A stretch of 32,000 nt of DNA from Alkalilimnicola ehrlichii MLHE-1 (GCF_000014785.1 NC_008340.1:2910001-2942000), one strand, 5' to 3'; shown: positions 1 to 10,701, counted from the first letter of the stretch. A program made the numbers and translations. Notes: generated by a model not told the origin, from the letters alone.

Positions 1-234
1 CAGACTGCTGACCATGCCGCGCACGGCCGCCTCCAGGAGCGCCTTGTCATCCACCTCGTCCACGTAGTGGCTGCGAATCCGCGCGTAGACCTCGGCGACG
101 GCCTGAAGCTCTTCCAACGGCAGATCCGCGTTGGCCTGTTGCCGCTCCGCCCATACGGTCTGCCCCAACCCCAGCCCGGCGGCCAGGATCAGCAGTATGG
201 CGGTAGAATAGAGCGGTCGAATCATGCGCATGCG
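1..234 (-). CDS. S41 family carboxyl-terminal processing protease (N-terminal part, runs off window edge)
   Basis: Reverse-strand translation from ATG at 234 gives MRMIRPLYSTAILLILAAG... then ...DLPLEELQAVAEVYARIRSHYVDEVDDKALLEAAVRGMVSSL, the typical CtpA N-terminus (signal/TM segment followed by the YVDEVDDKxLxxxAxxGM motif). Partial. Confidence 0.85.
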
Positions 235-345
235 GCAGCGCTCCCATCCGGTGTTGCTGGTCTCGGGCGCTCACGCCCGGCGGTGCGATACATCCGCTAT
301 TTCCGCAGTTTACCCCTGTTGCCCCCGCTTGTCAGACCCGCGCCC

Positions 346-1500
346 TTAGCGCGCGGCCAGCCACGGCAGCGGGTCCACCGGGTCGCCGTCGGCCCGCACC
401 TCGAAGTAGAGCCCCGGCTCGCGCCGCCCACCGCTGGCCCCCACCGAGGCCAGCACGGCGCCGGCCTGCACCCATTCACCCTCCTCCACGAACAACGACT
501 CATTGTAACCGTAGAGGCTCAGGTACCCGTCGCCATGGTCGAGGATGACCAGCAGCCCCAGGCCGCGGAACCAATCCGCGTAGACCACCTGCCCGGTGGC
601 CACCGCCTGCACCTCCGTGCCGTTCTCGGCATCGATAACCAGGCCGCGCCACTTGATATTGCCCAGTTCCCTCGAATCACCGAACCGGGCCCCCAGCCGC
701 CCCTCCACCGGCCAGGGCAGCGCACCGCGGTGCTCGCGGAAGCGGAGGTCCTGCAGATCACGCTCGGGCACCGCGGCCAACTCCTCGGCCAGTTCATCGA
801 GCAGCCCCTGCAGGCGCTGTTCGTCCTCCTCCATGCGCATCAGCTGTTCACCGGTCTCGGCCAGGGAGGCCTCCAGCCGCGCCAGCCGCCGGCGCTGCTG
901 CTCCCGCTCGCGCGCCAGTTCCGCACGGCGCTCGCGGGCCGCCATCTCCGCCCGGGCCAGGGCCTCGGACTGCTCCTGCAGCCGCTGCTCCAGGCTCTGC
1001 AGGCGCTCCAGGGTCTCGATCACCGACACCAGATCGGCGCGCCGCGCGGCATCCAGGCGGCTGTGATAGGCCAACAACCGTTGCAGCGCTGAGGGGTCCT
1101 GCTGATTCAGCAACACGCGCAGGCCGGCGTCCCGCCCCCCCTGCCAGACGGCACGCAACTGCCGCGCCAGCCGCTCGCGCTGCGCGCGCAGGTGCTGGTC
1201 GCGTTCCGCCATTTTGGCCTCCAGCTCGGCCACCCGCGCCTCAAGCGCGGCACGCTCCTCCTCCGCCGCCCGCAACGCCCGCGCCGCCCGCTGGACCCGA
1301 CGGTCGCTCTCCTCCAGCGCCGCCTCGGCCGCGTCGCGCTCGGCCTCGTCCCGGGCCAACGCCTGGCGGGCCGCCTCGATGCGCTCACGGACCGCTTCTA
1401 GTTCCGCCTCCGTGGCCTGCAGGTCGTCCTCCACCCCGGCCGCCAGCGGTGACACCAGGGTCAGGGCGGTGATCAGGAGCAGCATGGGTGCGATTCTCAT
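346..1500 (-). CDS. envC: Murein hydrolase activator EnvC-like, coiled coil plus M23 (LytM) domain
   Basis: Start placed at ATG 1500 (MRIAPMLLLITALTLVSPLAAG signal peptide), long coiled coil (ATEAELEAVRERIEAARQALARDEAERDAAE...), C-terminal GRLGARFGD...WRGLVIDAENGTEVQAVATGQVVYADWFRGLGLLVILDHGDGYLSLYGYNESL typical of degenerate LytM domains. Confidence 0.88.
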   Translation of the reverse strand: MRIAPMLLLITALTLVSPLAAGVEDDLQATEAELEAVRERIEAARQALARDEAERDAAEAALEESDRRVQRAARALRAAEEERAALEARVAELEAKMAERDQHLRAQRERLARQLRAVWQGGRDAGLRVLLNQQDPSALQRLLAYHSRLDAARRADLVSVIETLERLQSLEQRLQEQSEALARAEMAARERRAELAREREQQRRRLARLEASLAETGEQLMRMEEDEQRLQGLLDELAEELAAVPERDLQDLRFREHRGALPWPVEGRLGARFGDSRELGNIKWRGLVIDAENGTEVQAVATGQVVYADWFRGLGLLVILDHGDGYLSLYGYNESLFVEEGEWVQAGAVLASVGASGGRREPGLYFEVRADGDPVDPLPWLAAR

Positions 1501-1652
1501 GGCGATTCCAGCTCTCGGGTGTGCCTCGGGGGACCTGCGCGGTGGCCGGGAGGCTGGTATCATGGCCGCCCACTTGGCGCGCCGCAAGGTGGTCCGGCCG
1601 GGCCGGTGGCGACGCTGTCCCACAACCAATCAGACAACAAATGGAATCCTCC

Positions 1653-2108
1653 ATGGAGCAGTTGCTGGAATTCATCACCGACAACTGGATGCTCGTGCTG
1701 GCCTTCGTGCTCATCCTGGGCTACTGGGTCGGCGCCGAGATCTACCACTTCAGCAGCGGCGTCAAGACCATCACCCCGGAGACGGCGACCCAGCTCTACA
1801 ACCGCGACAATGCGCTGTTCGTGGATATCCGCAACAACACCGAGTACCGCAAATCGCATCTGCCCGGGGCGTTTCACATGCCGTCCACCGAGGTGGATCA
1901 ACTGCTGGAAAAGCTGCGCCGCCACGAGTCCCGGCCGCTGATCGTCTATGATGCCAATGGACTGCAGGCCAACAAGACGGCGCGGCGACTCCGCAAGGCC
2001 GGCTTCGAGACGGTCTACCAGCTCAAGACCGGGCTCACCGGCTGGGAGAGCGCCGGCTACCCGATGGAGCGCGGCAGGACCAAGCCCAAGCCCAACCCCA
2101 AGGGCTGA
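1653..2108 (+). CDS. Membrane-anchored rhodanese-fold protein, YibN-like
   Basis: N-terminal TM segment (LVLAFVLILGYWVGAEIYHF), rhodanese fold signatures (ALFVDIRNNTEYRKSHLPGAFHMP; LRKAGFETVYQLKTGLTGWESAGYPM). Alternative start ATG at 1641. Confidence 0.85.
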   Translation: MEQLLEFITDNWMLVLAFVLILGYWVGAEIYHFSSGVKTITPETATQLYNRDNALFVDIRNNTEYRKSHLPGAFHMPSTEVDQLLEKLRRHESRPLIVYDANGLQANKTARRLRKAGFETVYQLKTGLTGWESAGYPMERGRTKPKPNPKG

Positions 2109-2191
2109 CCCCATAACGACGACGGCAGCGCGCGGCAGGCGCGCCGGCACCGATTCAACCCGGCACTGAACGTAACGGAGTGGAGCAAGAC

Positions 2192-2758
2192 ATGGCAGAC
2201 GAACAACCCCAGGGTAACGGCCAGGGCGCCGCGCAGCAGGGCGAGCAACCCAAGCAGCAGTTCCAGATCGCCAAGCTGTATCTCAAGGATGTCTCGCTGG
2301 AGACGCCGAACAGCCCGGAGGTCTTCACCGGCGAGTGGAAGCCGCAGGTCAACGTCGACCTGACCAGCAAGACCCGCGCCCTGCAGGAAGGGCACTACGA
2401 GGTGGCCCTGACCGTCACCGTCACCGCCAAGCAGGGCGAGAAGACCGCTTACCTGTGCGAGGTCACCCAGGCCGGGGTCTTCCAGATCAAGGGCTTCGAG
2501 GACGCGGCGCGCAACGGCCTGCTGGGCGCCTACTGCCCGGCCCAACTCTTCCCCTACGTGCGCGAGACGGTGAACAGCTTGATCACCCAGGGCGGCTTTC
2601 CGGCCATGGTGCTGCAACCGGTCAACTTCGACGCCCTCTACCAGCAGCGGCTGGCCCAGGCCGCCGAGCGCCAGAAGGCGGAGCAGGCCCAGGGCGGCGG
2701 CGCCGAGGCCAAGGGCAGCGATAGCACCGCGGCCCAGGGTTCCGACACCCAGCAATAA
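2192..2758 (+). CDS. secB: Protein-export chaperone SecB
   Basis: FQIAKLYLKDVSLETPNSPEVF...WKPQVNVDL...LQEGHYEVALTVTVTAK...YLCEVTQAGVFQIKGF...LLGAYCPAQLFPYVRETVNSLITQGGFPAMVLQPVNFDALYQQR is diagnostic; start MADEQP preceded by an SD-like ggagcaag. Confidence 0.97.
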   Translation: MADEQPQGNGQGAAQQGEQPKQQFQIAKLYLKDVSLETPNSPEVFTGEWKPQVNVDLTSKTRALQEGHYEVALTVTVTAKQGEKTAYLCEVTQAGVFQIKGFEDAARNGLLGAYCPAQLFPYVRETVNSLITQGGFPAMVLQPVNFDALYQQRLAQAAERQKAEQAQGGGAEAKGSDSTAAQGSDTQQ

Positions 2759-2779
2759 CCGGGCGGAGGCGCGGAGGCC

Positions 2780-3778
2780 ATGAACAGGCCACTGGGCATC
2801 ATCGGGGCCGGCGCCTGGGGCACGGCGCTGGCCATCGCGGCCGGCCACGCCGGGCACCCGGTCCGACTGTGGGGCCGGGACACGGCGGCGGTTCAGGCCA
2901 TGGCCCGGGACCGGGTCAACCGGCGGAATCTGCCGGACTGCCCGCTGCCGGACCCGGTGCAGCCGCAACCGGACCTGACAGCGCTGGTGGCCGAGTGCGA
3001 CGACCTGCTGCTCGTCGTGCCCAGCCGGGCCTTCGAGTCCATGCTGCATACCCTGGCCCCGCTGATCGAGCGCCGCCACCGGCTGGGCTGGGCCACCAAG
3101 GGCCTGGATGCCGCCAGCGGCGGCCTGTTGAGCCAGGTGGTCCAGCGGGTGCTCAAGCCCCTGCCGCCCCTGGCGGTCCTTTCCGGGCCGAGCTTTGCCG
3201 CCGAGGTAGGGCGGGGCCTGCCCACGGCGGTCACCGTGGCCGCTACCGATCAGGGCTTCGCCAGCGACCTGGCGGACGCCTTCCGCTACGAGCGCTTCCG
3301 GGTCTATACCAGCACCGACCTGGTCGGCGTGCAACTGGGCGGCGCGGTGAAGAACGTCCTGGCGATCGCCACCGGCGTGGCCGACGGGCTGGGCTTCGGC
3401 GCCAACGCCCGAGCCGCGCTGATCACCCGCGGCCTGGCGGAGACCCGGCGGCTGAGTGAGGCGCTGGGCGCGGACCCGGACACCCTCACCGGGCTGGCCG
3501 GCATGGGCGACCTCATCCTCACCTGCACCGACGACCAGTCCCGCAACCGCCGGCTGGGCCTGGCCCTGGGGCGCGGCGAGGACCTGGACGAGGCGGTGGA
3601 GGCCATCGGCACGGTGGAGGGGGTGCGCACGGCGGATGAACTGCACCGCCTGGCCACCCAGGCCGGGGTGGAGATGCCCATCTGCGAGCAGGTCCATCTG
3701 CGCCTCGCCGGCCGGGTCTCCACCCGCGAGGCCGTGGAGAATCTCCTGCTCCGGCCCGGCGGCCGCCAGGAGCAGTAA
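2780..3778 (+). CDS. gpsA: Glycerol-3-phosphate dehydrogenase [NAD(P)+]
   Basis: IIGAGAWGTALAIAAG N-terminus, ATKGLD, LSGPSFAAEVGRGLPTAV, GAVKNVLAIATGVADGLGFGANARAALITRGLAE, GMGDLILTCT motifs; 16 bp after secB. Confidence 0.97.
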   Translation: MNRPLGIIGAGAWGTALAIAAGHAGHPVRLWGRDTAAVQAMARDRVNRRNLPDCPLPDPVQPQPDLTALVAECDDLLLVVPSRAFESMLHTLAPLIERRHRLGWATKGLDAASGGLLSQVVQRVLKPLPPLAVLSGPSFAAEVGRGLPTAVTVAATDQGFASDLADAFRYERFRVYTSTDLVGVQLGGAVKNVLAIATGVADGLGFGANARAALITRGLAETRRLSEALGADPDTLTGLAGMGDLILTCTDDQSRNRRLGLALGRGEDLDEAVEAIGTVEGVRTADELHRLATQAGVEMPICEQVHLRLAGRVSTREAVENLLLRPGGRQEQ

Positions 3779-3785
3779 CCACCGC

Positions 3786-4247
3786 ATGTTCCACATCGTC
3801 CTGGTCGAGCCGGAGATCCCACCCAACACCGGCAACGTCATCCGGCTCGCCGCCAACACCGGTGCCCATCTGCACCTGGTGCATCCGCTGGGCTTTCGCC
3901 TGGACGACACCCGGCTGCGCCGGGCCGGGCTCGATTACCATGAGTGGGCCCGGGTGGCCGAACACCCCAGTCTGGTGGACTGCCTGCGCCAGGTCCGGCC
4001 CCGACGGGCCTGGGCGCTGTCCACCCACGGCTCGGTCGGCTACCACCAGGTCCGCTACGCCCCCGGCGATGCCCTGGTGTTCGGCTGTGAGACCGGTGGC
4101 CTGCGTCGGGAGCTGACCCGGTTCAGCCCCGGCCGCCGATTGCGGCTGCCCATGCGGCCGGAGAGCCGGAGCATGAACCTGGGCAACAGCGTCTCGGTGG
4201 TGCTTTACGAAGCCCTGCGCCAGCAGGATTTTCCGGAACTGGAATAA
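3786..4247 (+). CDS. trmL: tRNA (cytidine(34)-2'-O)-methyltransferase, SPOUT family
   Basis: MFHIVLVEPEIPPNTGNVIRLAANTGAHLHLVHPLGF...GLDYHE...LVFGCETGGL...RLPMRPESRSMNLGNSVSVVLYEALRQ. Confidence 0.95.
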   Translation: MFHIVLVEPEIPPNTGNVIRLAANTGAHLHLVHPLGFRLDDTRLRRAGLDYHEWARVAEHPSLVDCLRQVRPRRAWALSTHGSVGYHQVRYAPGDALVFGCETGGLRRELTRFSPGRRLRLPMRPESRSMNLGNSVSVVLYEALRQQDFPELE

Positions 4248-4255
4248 CTAAAAAA

Positions 4256-4300
4256 TATAATTCTCACGCGGCTTTACAGAGAGCAATGAGAATGCTTATC
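4256..4300 (+). promoter_or_regulatory. Candidate -10 box (TATAAT, 4256-4261) with downstream Fur-box-like sequence (4282-4300)
   Basis: AGCAATGAGAATGCTTATC at 4282-4300 matches 13/19 positions of the classical Fur box GATAATGATAATCATTATC and lies just ahead of an iron ABC transporter gene. No good -35 was seen. Confidence 0.55.
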
Positions 4301-4336
4301 ATCCCGGACAGCATCCTCGCTGTTGGGAGACCATCC

Positions 4337-5356
4337 ATGCGCATCAAACAGGTTCTGACCGGATTGCTGGCCGCGCCGCTGGCCATCGCTTTGGCCATGC
4401 CGGCCACCACCCTGGCCGACGACGACACCATCACCGTCTATTCCGCGCGCCAGGAGCACCTGATCAAGCCGCTGTTCGACCGCTTCACCGAGGAGACCGG
4501 CATCCGGGTGCGCTACGTGACCGACAGCGCCGGTCCGCTGCTGGCCCGCCTCCAGCAGGAGGGGCGCCGCACCCCCGCCGACATGTTGATGACAGTGGAT
4601 GCCGGCAACCTCTGGCAGGCCGCCGACCGGGGCGTGCTCCGGCCCATCGACTCCGAGCCGCTGCGGGAGGCCATTCCGGAACACCTGCGTGACCCGGACG
4701 ACCAGTGGTTCGGCCTGTCGGTGCGGGCACGGACCATCATGTACGCGCCCGACCGCGTCGATCCCGAGGAACTGTCCACCTACGAGGCCCTCGCCGACCC
4801 GGAGTGGGAGGGCCGCCTGTGCGTGCGCACCTCGCAGCACGTCTACAACCAGTCGCTGGTCGCCACCATGATCTCCCACCACGGTGAGGAGCGGACCCGG
4901 GAGGTGCTGGAGGGCTGGGTGAACAACTTTGCGGACCGCCCCTTCTCCAACGACACCTCGACCCTGCGCGCCATCGCCGCCGGCCAGTGTGATGTGAGCA
5001 TCACCAACACCTACTACCTGGGCCGGGTGCTGAAGGACGACCCGGACTTCCCGGTGGCGCCCTACTGGCCCAACCAGGATGACGTGGGCGTTCACGTCAA
5101 CGTCTCCGGTGCCGGTGTCACCCGCCATGCCGGCAACCCTGAAGGGGCGCAGCGGCTCATCGAATGGCTCGCCAGCGAGGCCGCGCAGAAGGACTTCGCC
5201 GCCCTGAACATGGAGTATCCGGCGAACCCGGAGATCGGCCTGGACCCGATCGTCGCCGACTGGGGCGATTTCAAGGCCGATAACATCAATGTCTCCGAGG
5301 CCGGCCGGCTGCAGCGCCAGGCCGCCATGCTGATGGACCGGGTCGGCTGGCGCTGA
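4337..5356 (+). CDS. fbpA: Fe(3+) ABC transporter substrate-binding protein (FbpA/FutA family)
   Basis: Signal peptide MRIKQVLTGLLAAPLAIALAMPATTLA, ITVYSARQEHLIKPLFDRFTEETGIRVRYV, SSRAR-like SVRARTIMY, WEGRLCVRTS..YNQSLVATMI, NTYYLGR, HVNVSGAGVTRHAGNPEGAQRLIEWLAS. Confidence 0.92.
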   Translation: MRIKQVLTGLLAAPLAIALAMPATTLADDDTITVYSARQEHLIKPLFDRFTEETGIRVRYVTDSAGPLLARLQQEGRRTPADMLMTVDAGNLWQAADRGVLRPIDSEPLREAIPEHLRDPDDQWFGLSVRARTIMYAPDRVDPEELSTYEALADPEWEGRLCVRTSQHVYNQSLVATMISHHGEERTREVLEGWVNNFADRPFSNDTSTLRAIAAGQCDVSITNTYYLGRVLKDDPDFPVAPYWPNQDDVGVHVNVSGAGVTRHAGNPEGAQRLIEWLASEAAQKDFAALNMEYPANPEIGLDPIVADWGDFKADNINVSEAGRLQRQAAMLMDRVGWR

Positions 5357-5360
5357 TCCC

Positions 5361-7067
5361 ATGGCCGTGGCCTGGTCCAGGGCTCCCCGCCGGGGCCTGA
5401 TCGCCACGCTGCTCGACCCGCTGCGGCGGGTCGGGCCGTGGCGTTTGTTCGCCTTGGGCATGGGGACCCTGCTCTTCGTCCCCATCGCGGTGACCCTGGC
5501 CAGTTGGCTCACGCCGGACATGGAGGTCTGGCGCCACATCCAGCAGACCCTGTTAGCGGAGATCCTCGGCAACACCGTGATGCTGGTGCTGGGAGTGGGA
5601 TCCGGCGTGCTCTTCCTGGGGGTCAGCCTGGCCTGGCTGACGGCCCGCTGTGACTTCCCCGGCCGAGGCCTGTTCGACTGGGCACTGATCCTGCCCCTGG
5701 CCGTGCCCACCTATGTCCTGGCCTTCGTCTTTGTCGGCCTGTTCGAGTTCGCGGGGCCGGTGCAGAGCTTTTTGCGCGAGACCGTCTCCAGCGACCTGCG
5801 GCTGCCCTCTATCCGCTCCACCCCCGGGCTCATCCTGGTCATGAGCCTCGTGCTCTACCCCTATGTCTACATGCTCAGCCGGGCCGCCTTTCTCAGCCAG
5901 GGGACGGCCCCCATGGAGGCGGCACGGGTCCAGGGCCTGAGCGCCTGGGGCAGCTTTTTCCGGGTGGCGCTGCCCATGGCCCGGCCGGCCATCGCGGCCG
6001 GCACGGCACTGGCGCTGATGGAGACCCTGGCCGACTTCGGGGCGGTCTCGGTATTCAACTTCGAGACCTTCACCACCGCCATCTACCGAGCCTGGTTCGG
6101 TTATTACAGCCTTGCCGCGGCGGGCCAGTTGGCCGCCCTGCTGTTGCTGATCATCCTGCTCGGCCTGACCGCGGAGAAGGCCGCCCGGGGCCGCGCCCGT
6201 TTCGACCAGCGCCAGGCCGGCGGGGTCACCCGCATCCCCCTGCGTGGCTGGCGCGCCTGGGCGGCCACCGGCTTCGCCGCCAGCGTGCTGTTCCTGGGCT
6301 TTCTGCTGCCAGTGCTGCAACTGGTCATCTGGGGTTGGGGGCACCTGGCCGATTTCAACGAACGCTACTTGGAACTGGTGCTCAACACCCTCACCCTGGG
6401 GGCGGTCTCCGCCTTCATCACCGTCACCATCGCCCTGCTGCTTGCCTACGCGCGTCGTGTGCAGCCGGACTTCATCACCCGCCGCGCCGTCGGCGCCTCC
6501 ACTCTGGGGTACGCCCTGCCCGGCTCGGTGTTGGCGGTGGGGATCATGATCGTCTTCACCTGGCTCGACCACCGGGTGGCCGACCTGCTGGAGCCGCTGG
6601 TCGGGGATATCGGCGGCCAACTGCTCACCGGCAGTGTCTTCGCGCTGATCATCGCCTATGTCATGCGCTTCATGGCGGTGGCCTTCGGTGCGGTGGACAG
6701 TGCCCTCGAGCAGATCCGGCCCAGCTTGCGCGAGGCCGCTCGCAGCCTGGGCGCGCGGGATTGGGAGATCATCCGCCGCATCTACATCCCGGTGCTGCGG
6801 CCGGGTCTGATCACCGCGGCGCTGCTGGTCGGTGTCGATGTCATGAAGGAGATGCCCGCGACCCTGCTGCTCCGGCCCTTCGGCTGGGACACGCTAGCGG
6901 TGCGCATCTTCGAGTTCACCGTGGAGGGGCAGTGGGAGCGCGCCGCGCTGCCGGCGGTCACCCTGGTGGCCGTGGGCCTGATCCCGGTGATCTTCCTGGT
7001 CAGCCGGACGGTGCGCAAGCACCCGCGCAACCAGAAGCCGGCCGCCGCTGAAGCGCTCCAGACCTGA
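5361..7067 (+). CDS. fbpB: Iron ABC transporter permease (two fused 6-TM modules)
   Basis: Two hydrophobic modules with EAA-loop signatures (MEAARVQGLSAWGSFFRVALPMARPAIAAG and REAARSLGARDWEIIRRIYIPVLRPGLITA); starts 4 bp after fbpA. Confidence 0.92.
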   Translation: MAVAWSRAPRRGLIATLLDPLRRVGPWRLFALGMGTLLFVPIAVTLASWLTPDMEVWRHIQQTLLAEILGNTVMLVLGVGSGVLFLGVSLAWLTARCDFPGRGLFDWALILPLAVPTYVLAFVFVGLFEFAGPVQSFLRETVSSDLRLPSIRSTPGLILVMSLVLYPYVYMLSRAAFLSQGTAPMEAARVQGLSAWGSFFRVALPMARPAIAAGTALALMETLADFGAVSVFNFETFTTAIYRAWFGYYSLAAAGQLAALLLLIILLGLTAEKAARGRARFDQRQAGGVTRIPLRGWRAWAATGFAASVLFLGFLLPVLQLVIWGWGHLADFNERYLELVLNTLTLGAVSAFITVTIALLLAYARRVQPDFITRRAVGASTLGYALPGSVLAVGIMIVFTWLDHRVADLLEPLVGDIGGQLLTGSVFALIIAYVMRFMAVAFGAVDSALEQIRPSLREAARSLGARDWEIIRRIYIPVLRPGLITAALLVGVDVMKEMPATLLLRPFGWDTLAVRIFEFTVEGQWERAALPAVTLVAVGLIPVIFLVSRTVRKHPRNQKPAAAEALQT

Positions 7068-7151
7068 GCCCCGCCCCCCTGTTATCCCGGGCGCGGTTGG
7101 CGCTATAGTGGTCCGACCACTGACAGAGCCGGACCAGCCGCAAGGGAGCCC

Positions 7152-8246
7152 ATGCAACGCACCCCGCTCTATCGCCGTCATCAGGAAGCCGGCGCCCGCC
7201 TGGTGGAATTTGCCGGCTGGCAGATGCCGCTGGATTACGGCTCCGCCCTGGCCGAACACCGCGCCGTGCGCGAGGACTGCGGCCTGTTCGACGTCTCCCA
7301 CATGGCCATCACCGATCTCGAGGGCCAGGGGGCCCGCGACGCCCTGCGCCTGATCCTCGCCGCCGATGTGGCCCGGCTCGACGAGGCCGCCCCCGGCAAG
7401 GCCCTCTACGGTTGCCTGCTGAATGAGGCCGGCGGCATCATCGACGACCTCATCGTCTTCCGCCGCGGCGCGGAACGCTACCGCATCGTCTCCAACGCCG
7501 CCACCCGGGGCAGCGTCCAGCGCTGGCTGGAGCGGCTCACTGCGGCCTTCGGCCTGCAGCCGGAGGCTCGTACCGACCTGGCAATGATCGCGCTGCAGGG
7601 GCCGGCCGCCCCCAGTCTCATCGAACAGCTGCCGGAGGCAGCCGCCGCCGTGGGCCTGGGCGCCTTCGAGGCCCTGGATGGGGAGCGGATCTTCGTCAGC
7701 CGCACCGGCTACACCGGCGAAGACGGCTTCGAACTGATCCTGCCCGGCCCCCGGGCCAGCCAAACCTGGGACCACCTGGTGGCCGCCGGCGCCCGACCCT
7801 GCGGGCTGGCGGCCCGGGACAGCCTGCGCCTGGAGGCGGGCCTGAACCTGAACGGCCAGGACATGACCCCGGAGACCACGCCGCTGGAGTGCGGCCTGGG
7901 CTGGACCGTGCACTGGACGCCGGAGGATCGTGACTTCATCGGCCGCCATCCGCTGGAGGCCCAACGCCGGGAGGGGGCGCCATGGTGCCGGCAGGGCCTG
8001 GTCCTGCGCGAGCGCGGCGTGCCCCGCCACGGGCATGCGGTGCTGGACGCCGCCGACCGGGTGATCGGTGAGGTCACCAGCGGCGGCTGGTCGCCGGTAT
8101 TGCAACGGGGCATTGCCCTGGCCCGGGTGCCCAACGGCACCGGGGGGCCGCTACGGGTCCGGGTCCGCGACCGCGCCCTGAGCGCCGAGCCGGTCCGGCC
8201 GCCCTTCGTCCGCAATGGCAAGCCGCGGGTGGACGTCCCCGACTAG
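7152..8246 (+). CDS. gcvT: Glycine cleavage system aminomethyltransferase (T-protein)
   Basis: [29 protein letters not shown]...[69 protein letters not shown]. Confidence 0.97.
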   Translation: MQRTPLYRRHQEAGARLVEFAGWQMPLDYGSALAEHRAVREDCGLFDVSHMAITDLEGQGARDALRLILAADVARLDEAAPGKALYGCLLNEAGGIIDDLIVFRRGAERYRIVSNAATRGSVQRWLERLTAAFGLQPEARTDLAMIALQGPAAPSLIEQLPEAAAAVGLGAFEALDGERIFVSRTGYTGEDGFELILPGPRASQTWDHLVAAGARPCGLAARDSLRLEAGLNLNGQDMTPETTPLECGLGWTVHWTPEDRDFIGRHPLEAQRREGAPWCRQGLVLRERGVPRHGHAVLDAADRVIGEVTSGGWSPVLQRGIALARVPNGTGGPLRVRVRDRALSAEPVRPPFVRNGKPRVDVPD

Positions 8247-8324
8247 CCCGCTATACAGCTAACAGGCAGGGCGGCCCGCACCGCCCTGAAACGCCCTCTC
8301 ACAACCCAGGGAACGAACCAAGCC

Positions 8325-8717
8325 ATGACCCAGGTACCAGACAACCTCAAGTACAACCGCACCCACGAGTGGACCCGCTTGGAGGACGACGGCACGCTCA
8401 CCATCGGCATCACCGATCACGCCCAGAGCGAACTGGGCGATTTGGTGTTCGTGGAGACGCCCACGGTGGGGCGCCACTACGACGCCGAGGAGGCCTGCGC
8501 CGTGGTGGAATCGGTCAAGGCCGCCTCCGACATCTACGCGCCGGTGGGCGGCGAGGTGATCGAGGCCAATTCAGAGCTGCAGGACAGCCCGGAGCTGGTC
8601 AACACCGACCCCTACGGCGAGGGTTGGATCATGCGCATCCGCCCGGACGACAGCGACGACCTGGAGCAACTGCTGGACCCGGAGGACTACCAGGACCTGG
8701 TGGCCGACGAGGAGTAA
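8325..8717 (+). CDS. gcvH: Glycine cleavage system H protein
   Basis: [67 protein letters not shown]; lipoyl-lysine motif ESVKAASD. Confidence 0.98.
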   Translation: MTQVPDNLKYNRTHEWTRLEDDGTLTIGITDHAQSELGDLVFVETPTVGRHYDAEEACAVVESVKAASDIYAPVGGEVIEANSELQDSPELVNTDPYGEGWIMRIRPDDSDDLEQLLDPEDYQDLVADEE

Positions 8718-8722
8718 CGGGC

Positions 8723-10105
8723 GTGCCCTTTATCCCCCACACCGAGGCCGAGGTCCGCCGGATGCTGGAGGTCATCGGTGTCCGGCACCTGGACGCGCTG
8801 TTCGACGAGATCCCGGCGGCGCTGCGGGCTCCGCCGCCGCAGGGGGTGCCGGAGGGGCTACCGGAGATGGCGGTCCGGCGCATCGCCCGGCGGCGGGCGG
8901 CCCAGGACCGCCAACCGGTCTCTTTTCTCGGGGCCGGCTGCTACGAGCACCATATCCCCGCCGCCGTCTGGCAGATCGCCGCCCGCGGTGAGTTTTACAG
9001 CGCCTACACGCCCTACCAGGCCGAGGCCTCCCAGGGCACCCTGCAGGTCATCTACGAATTCCAGTCCATGCTCAGCGCCCTCACCGGCCTGGCGGTCAGC
9101 AACGCCTCGCTCTACGACGGCGCCACCGCCACCGCGGAGGCGGCGCTGATGGCCGTCCGCCAGCGCCGCCGTGACGCCGCGCATCGCGTGCTGGTGCCCC
9201 ACACCCTGCACCCGCTCTACCGCCGGGTGCTGAGCACCCTGCTGGCGCCCCAGGGCATCGAGCTGACGCTGCTGGACTACGACCCCGACCAGGGGCATCT
9301 GCCGGAGCACGCCCTGGAGGGGGTGAGCGGCGGCTTCGACGCCCTGCTGTTGCCGCAGCCCAATTTCCTCGGGGTGCTGGAGCCGGTGGACACCCTCACC
9401 CGCGCCGCCCAGGCCCGCGGTGCGCTGGTGATCGGGGTGGTCAACCCCATTGCCCTGGCCCGGCTGGCACCGCCCGGTGAGTGGGGCGAGGCCGGCGCCG
9501 ACATCGCCTGCGGCGAGGGGCAGCCCCTGGGCATCCCGATGAGTTCCGGTGGCCCCGGTTTCGGCTTTTTGACCTGCCGGCGCCCGCTTATGCGCCAGCT
9601 ACCGGGGCGGCTGGTGGGGCGGACCGTGGACCTGGACGGCAAGCCCGGCTACACCCTCACCCTGCAGGCGCGCGAGCAGCACATCCGCCGGGGCCGTGCC
9701 ACCTCCAACATCTGCACCAACCAGGGCCTGATGGCCACCGCCGCCACCCTCTACTTGGCCCTGCTGGGTCCCGACGGCCTGGAGCGGGTCGCCGACTGCT
9801 GCCTGGCCCGCACCCATGCCCTGGTGGAGGCCCTGACCGGCCTGCCGGGCGTGCAATCCGCGCTGCGCGGGCCACACTTTCATGAGGCCGTGCTGCGCCT
9901 GGACCGCCCGGTGGCCCCGGTGCTGCAGGCCCTGGAAGACCACGGCATCCTCGGCGGCCACGACCTGTCGGCGGACTATCCGGAACTGGGCAACGCCCTG
10001 CTGGTTTGCGCCACCGAGATGCGCGACGAGGTGGATATCGAGTACTACCGGGACAGCCTGGCCGCGGTGCTGAACACCCGGCCTGACCCCGTCCCCTCAC
10101 CATAA
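8723..10105 (+). CDS. gcvPA: Glycine dehydrogenase (decarboxylating) subunit 1
   Basis: GTG start giving [26 protein letters not shown]; [73 protein letters not shown]; STSICTNQ-type motif ([19 protein letters not shown]). Confidence 0.96.
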   Translation: MPFIPHTEAEVRRMLEVIGVRHLDALFDEIPAALRAPPPQGVPEGLPEMAVRRIARRRAAQDRQPVSFLGAGCYEHHIPAAVWQIAARGEFYSAYTPYQAEASQGTLQVIYEFQSMLSALTGLAVSNASLYDGATATAEAALMAVRQRRRDAAHRVLVPHTLHPLYRRVLSTLLAPQGIELTLLDYDPDQGHLPEHALEGVSGGFDALLLPQPNFLGVLEPVDTLTRAAQARGALVIGVVNPIALARLAPPGEWGEAGADIACGEGQPLGIPMSSGGPGFGFLTCRRPLMRQLPGRLVGRTVDLDGKPGYTLTLQAREQHIRRGRATSNICTNQGLMATAATLYLALLGPDGLERVADCCLARTHALVEALTGLPGVQSALRGPHFHEAVLRLDRPVAPVLQALEDHGILGGHDLSADYPELGNALLVCATEMRDEVDIEYYRDSLAAVLNTRPDPVPSP

Positions 10106-10121
10106 GCGTAAGGAGAAGACC

Positions 10122-10622
<501 letters not shown>

Positions 10623-10701
10623 GGGCATCACGGTGGCGACGGGGCGCGCACCGCGTGCCCCCGTCCTTCGGCCGCCCCCCAACAGGCAGGAAACCGACCC
10701 G

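Noticed and set aside
2057-3910. 617-aa minus-strand ORF (and similar long antisense ORFs at 15045-18998, 21683-23968, 10834-12390, 6894-8105)
   Set aside because: They lie antisense to clearly identified genes (secB/gpsA, the large oxidoreductase, the nrt/cyn-like genes, gcvPB, gcvT). They have His/Gln/Arg-rich compositions without domain motifs, the expected by-product of high GC at third codon positions.
7068-7151. Glycine riboswitch before gcvT
   Set aside because: Only ~84 bp between genes with a candidate -10 (TATAGT) near 7100; too little leader for a glycine aptamer and no aptamer motif seen.
8268-8287. Hairpin AGGGCGG-cccgca-CCGCCCT between gcvT and gcvH, considered as terminator or ANTAR-like hexaloop
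   Set aside because: No T run, single hairpin, and the loop lacks A1/G4; likely a minor intercistronic stem in a GC-rich operon.
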